From the NCBI RefSeq assembly GCF_002113885.1, contig NW_018404125.1:946891-1006484 (forward strand): DNA of 59,594 nucleotides, in the 5' to 3' direction. Both the position numbers and the translations under genes were made by a program. Of this stretch, positions 55,674-59,594 are shown in pieces (positions within the stretch are counted from its first letter, which is position 1; each line of letters opens with the position of its first letter). Under the pieces are notes generated by a model. That model saw only the letters and a list, made by a program, of their open reading frames with translations. It was not told where the DNA came from and did not search any database. Origin of the DNA: Mizuhopecten yessoensis (lineage: Eukaryota).

Positions 55674-55941
55674 TCTCTGTGATGTCCGTAAGGTCAAAGG
55701 TCAAGTAAAACCTGCAATGACAGAAGACAGGATAGGGTTACAATAATACATAAACAACCCCTGGGCAGTGTTGTAAGCTTATGAAACCAGTAGTAGCGTG
55801 TTATGTCTTGTATTTACCCTTTGTTACTCTATATCCTCTGAAAATATCAGTCTTTGGTAAATTGGCAGAAATTTAAAGAAAGTCAAGTTAAGGGGGAGTG
55901 TGGGGGCCGATTAAAGGAAGTAAGATTAAGGGAATTCTGAT

Positions 55942-58370
55942 AAATGGAGGTCAGAATATATATATAGAGAGAGATGGAAAGATGTGATTAATGGAGGTCA
56001 ATATATGTATAGAGAGAGATGGAAAGATGTGATTAATGGAGGTCAGAATATATATAGAGAGAGATATGGAAAGATGTGATTAATGGAGGTCAGAATATAT
56101 ATATAGAGAGATGGAAAGATGTAATTAATGGAGGTCAGAATATATATATAGAGAGAGATGGAAAGATGTGATTAATGGAGGTCAGAATATATATATAGAG
56201 AGAGATGGAAAGATGTGATTAATGGAGGTCAGAATATATATATAGAGAGAGATGGAAAGATGTGATTAATGGAGGTCAGAATATATATATAGAGAGAGAT
56301 GGAAAGATGTGATTAATGGAGGTCAGAATATATATATAGAGAGAGATGGAAAGATGTGATTAATGGAGGTCAGAATATATATATAGAGAGAGATGGAAAG
56401 ATGTGATTAATGGAGGTCAGAATATATATATAGAGAGAGATGGAAAGATGTGATTAATGGAGGTCAGAATATATATATAGAGAGAGATGGAAAGATGTGA
56501 TTAATGGAGGTCAGAATATATATATAGAGAGAGATGGAAAGATGTGATTAATGGAGGTCAGAATATATATATAGAGAGAGATGGAAAGATGTGATTAATG
56601 GAGGTCAGAATATATATATAGAGAGAGATGGAAAGATGTGATTAATGGAGGTCAGAATATATATATAGAGAGAGATGGAAAGATGTGATTAATGGAGGTC
56701 AGAATATATATATAGAGAGAGATGGAAAGATGTGATTAATGGAGGTCAGAATATATATATAGAGAGAGATGGAAAGATGTGATTAATGGAGGTCAGAATA
56801 TATATATAGAGAGAGATGGAAAGATGTGATTAATGGAGGTCAGAATATATATATAGAGAGAGATGGAAAGATGTGATTAATGGAGGTCAGAATATATATA
56901 TAGAGAGAGATGGAAAGATGTGATTAATGGAGGTCAGAATATATATATAGAGAGAGATGGAAAGATGTGATTAATGGAGGTCAGAATATATATATAGAGA
57001 GAGATGGAAAGATGTGATTAATGGAGGTCAGAATATATATATAGAGAGAGATGGAAAGATGTGATTAATGGAGGTCAGAATATATATATAGAGAGAGATG
57101 GAAAGATGTGATTAATGGAGGTCAGAATATATATATAGAGAGAGATGGAAAGATGTGATTAATGGAGGTCAGAATATATATATAGAGAGAGATGGAAAGA
57201 TGTGATTAATGGAGGTCAGAATATATATATAGAGAGAGATGGAAAGATGTGATTAATGGAGGTCAGAATATATATATAGAGAGAGATGGAAAGATGTGAT
57301 TAATGGAGGTCAGAATATATATATAGAGAGAGATGGAAAGATGTGATTAATGGAGGTCAGAATATATATATAGAGAGAGATGGAAAGATGTGATTAATGG
57401 AGGTCAGAATATATATATAGAGAGAGATGGAAAGATGTGATTAATGGAGGTCAGAATATATATATAGAGAGAGATGGAAAGATGTGATTAATGGAGGTCA
57501 GAATATATATATAGAGAGAGATGGAAAGATGTGATTAATGGAGGTCAGAATATATATATAGAGAGAGATGGAAAGATGTGATTAATGGAGGTCAGAATAT
57601 ATATATAGAGAGAGATGGAAAGATGTGATTAATGGAGGTCAGAATATATATATAGAGAGAGATGGAAAGATGTGATTAATGGAGGTCAGAATATATATAT
57701 AGAGAGAGATGGAAAGATGTGATTAATGGAGGTCAGAATATATATATAGAGAGATGGAAAGATGTGATTAATGGAGGTCAATATATATATATAGAGAGAT
57801 GGAAAGATGTGATTAATGGAGGTCAGAATATATATATAGAGAGATGGAAAGATGTGATTAATGGAGGTCAGAATATATATATAGAGAGATGGAAAGATGT
57901 GATTAATGGAGGTCAGAATATATATATAGAGAGATGGAAAGATGTGATTAATGGAGGTCAGAATATATATATAGAGAGATGGAAAGATGTGATTAATGGA
58001 GGTCAGAATATATATATAGAGAGATGGAAAGATGTGATTAATGGAGGTCAGAATATATATATAGAGAGATGGAAAGATGTGATTAATGGAGGTCAGAATA
58101 TATATATAGAGAGATGGAAAGATGTGATTAATGGAGGTCAGAATATATATATAGAGAGATGGAAAGATGTGATTAATGGAGGTCAGAATATATATATAGA
58201 GAGATGGAAAGATGTGATTAATGGAGGTCAGAATATATATATAGAGAGATGGAAAGATGTGATTAATGGAGGTCAGAATATATATATAGAGAGAGATGGA
58301 AAGATGTGATTAATGGAGGTCAGAATATATATATAGAGGGATGGAAAGATGTGATTAATGGAGGTCAGAT
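55942..58370. repeat. 47/45-bp minisatellite containing (TA)n(GA)n, ~52 copies
   Basis: Unit aatggaggtcagaatatatatatagagagagatggaaagatgtgatt; switches to a 45-bp unit at ~57720. Confidence 0.97.
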
Positions 58371-58975
58371 TAAAAGGTTGTCATTCTAGAGTTCAGATCA
58401 AAAAAGGATCTTTTTTTAAATTAAAAGGGATCTGATTATAAGGGTGGTCAGGTTATGAAGGGTCTGATACTGGCAAGATTATGTGAGGTCAGATTAACGA
58501 AACAAGAAAAATCTAGCTTTGTATAAGAAGACTGACCACAGACTAGATGTCAGGTATTGTTCTGGTCAGCTAGACAAAATAACAACAGATTTATAATTGA
58601 ATTATTCATAAAGTATGCTGGCATCACTGACCCCATCTACTGATCAATAGGTCAAACTGACCAACCAGTCAAACTGACCAACCAGTCAAACTGACCACAT
58701 TAGGGATGTCTGTGTCAGCAGTGTTACTAACAATGACCGTATTAGATCGGAAGCCCTGTCAATCCAAGTCAAAGTCAATTACTGTACTGACCAAAAACAG
58801 GGCTTAAATTGTCCTCAAATAGGAAATTCTCTTGGTAATTAGCTAAGAACAGTTAATGAAATGAAAGTGTTATGACCTTCAGGTCCAATGTTACACAAAT
58901 TGTGAATATTAGTATCCCTAATGACATCACTAGCAACACAAAGTGAATCACTTTTTAACAGATTTCTGTAAATAT

Positions 58976-59594
58976 AACTAGAGGCCCAAGGGCCTTAGCG
59001 GTCACTTGAGTTATATCATAGGTACTGGTAGCTTTAATTTATTGTTTAGGTGTGATGTGGAAATCAGCATGTAAACTAAGTGAAATACAATACTTGTCAT
59101 GTCATCAAAGGATAAGAATTTTAAAATATTTGTAAATGTTCCCTTTGGGGCCCTGCACTAACCCCTGGGGATGGGGCAGGAATTCCAAGTTTACAATGTG
59201 ATACCGTCATACACCAAAGATGATTCTGACCAAGTAAAAAAAAAATCCAACAGAAAATTGTCAAAATATACCCAAAAGTGTTGTTTCCCTATATAAACTA
59301 TAGTAAACTTTACCCCCTCCCCAAGGGATAACAGATAGCTTGGGGGTCCTGAAATTTACAATTTAAATAAAGGCCCTGATGATCTTTCCATCCATGCAGA
59401 GAAAATGACTGTAATACCTCTGAGTCTGGAGAAGAAGATTTTTGAAATATTGGTTAATTTTCCCTTTTGGGCCCCGCCCTGGCCCCTAGGATTGGGGTAG
59501 GGATCCCAATTTTACAATTTAAAACCATCTTCCTCCTCCAAGGATAATTCTCACCAAGTAAAAATAATTTCCAACAGAAAATTGTCAAAATATA
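58976..59594 (-). mobile_element. Second Helentron-associated element (different family), 3' end, truncated by the window
   Basis: aactagaggcccaagggccttagcggtcacttgag parallels acaagaggcccaatgggcctgcatcgctcacctgg at 23719 (stem-loop + subTIR); internal repeat with ~324-bp period (tccaacagaaaattgtcaaaatata at ~59246 and ~59570). Confidence 0.72.

Noticed and set aside
4665-58370. Tandem arrays as CRISPR-like arrays
   Set aside because: Units are contiguous with no unique spacers, there are no cas genes, and the context is eukaryotic intron

Overview
AT-rich animal genomic DNA, not prokaryotic. It has three N gaps, GT-AG introns, a tRNA-derived SINE and Helentron-type elements typical of bivalve molluscs (taxon is my inference). 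Most of the window appears to be intron of one large minus-strand gene. A start-codon exon (55711-55509) joins in phase 0, across a ~19 kb intron, to a 1287-nt exon encoding a very acidic, disordered region with three NPxY motifs (36433-35147). Further phase-compatible candidate exons lie at ~21.2-20.75 kb, 19808-19692 and 13337-13265, with several candidate alternative first exons. No catalytic or folded domain is visible, so the gene cannot be named. The introns hold about 20 unrelated tandem arrays (units 23-90 bp), and these explain nearly all long ORFs in the track. Mobile elements: a TA-duplicating TIR transposon inserted in a 24-bp minisatellite (1333-3155), a CORE-type SINE (3806-4146), one complete Helentron-associated element (23719-24960) and one truncated one (58976-end). 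There is no CRISPR array, rRNA or genuine tRNA. I see no firm evidence of a new multi-gene system. The best leads are the motif-rich unnamed gene, its unusual splice architecture and the asymmetric transposon.
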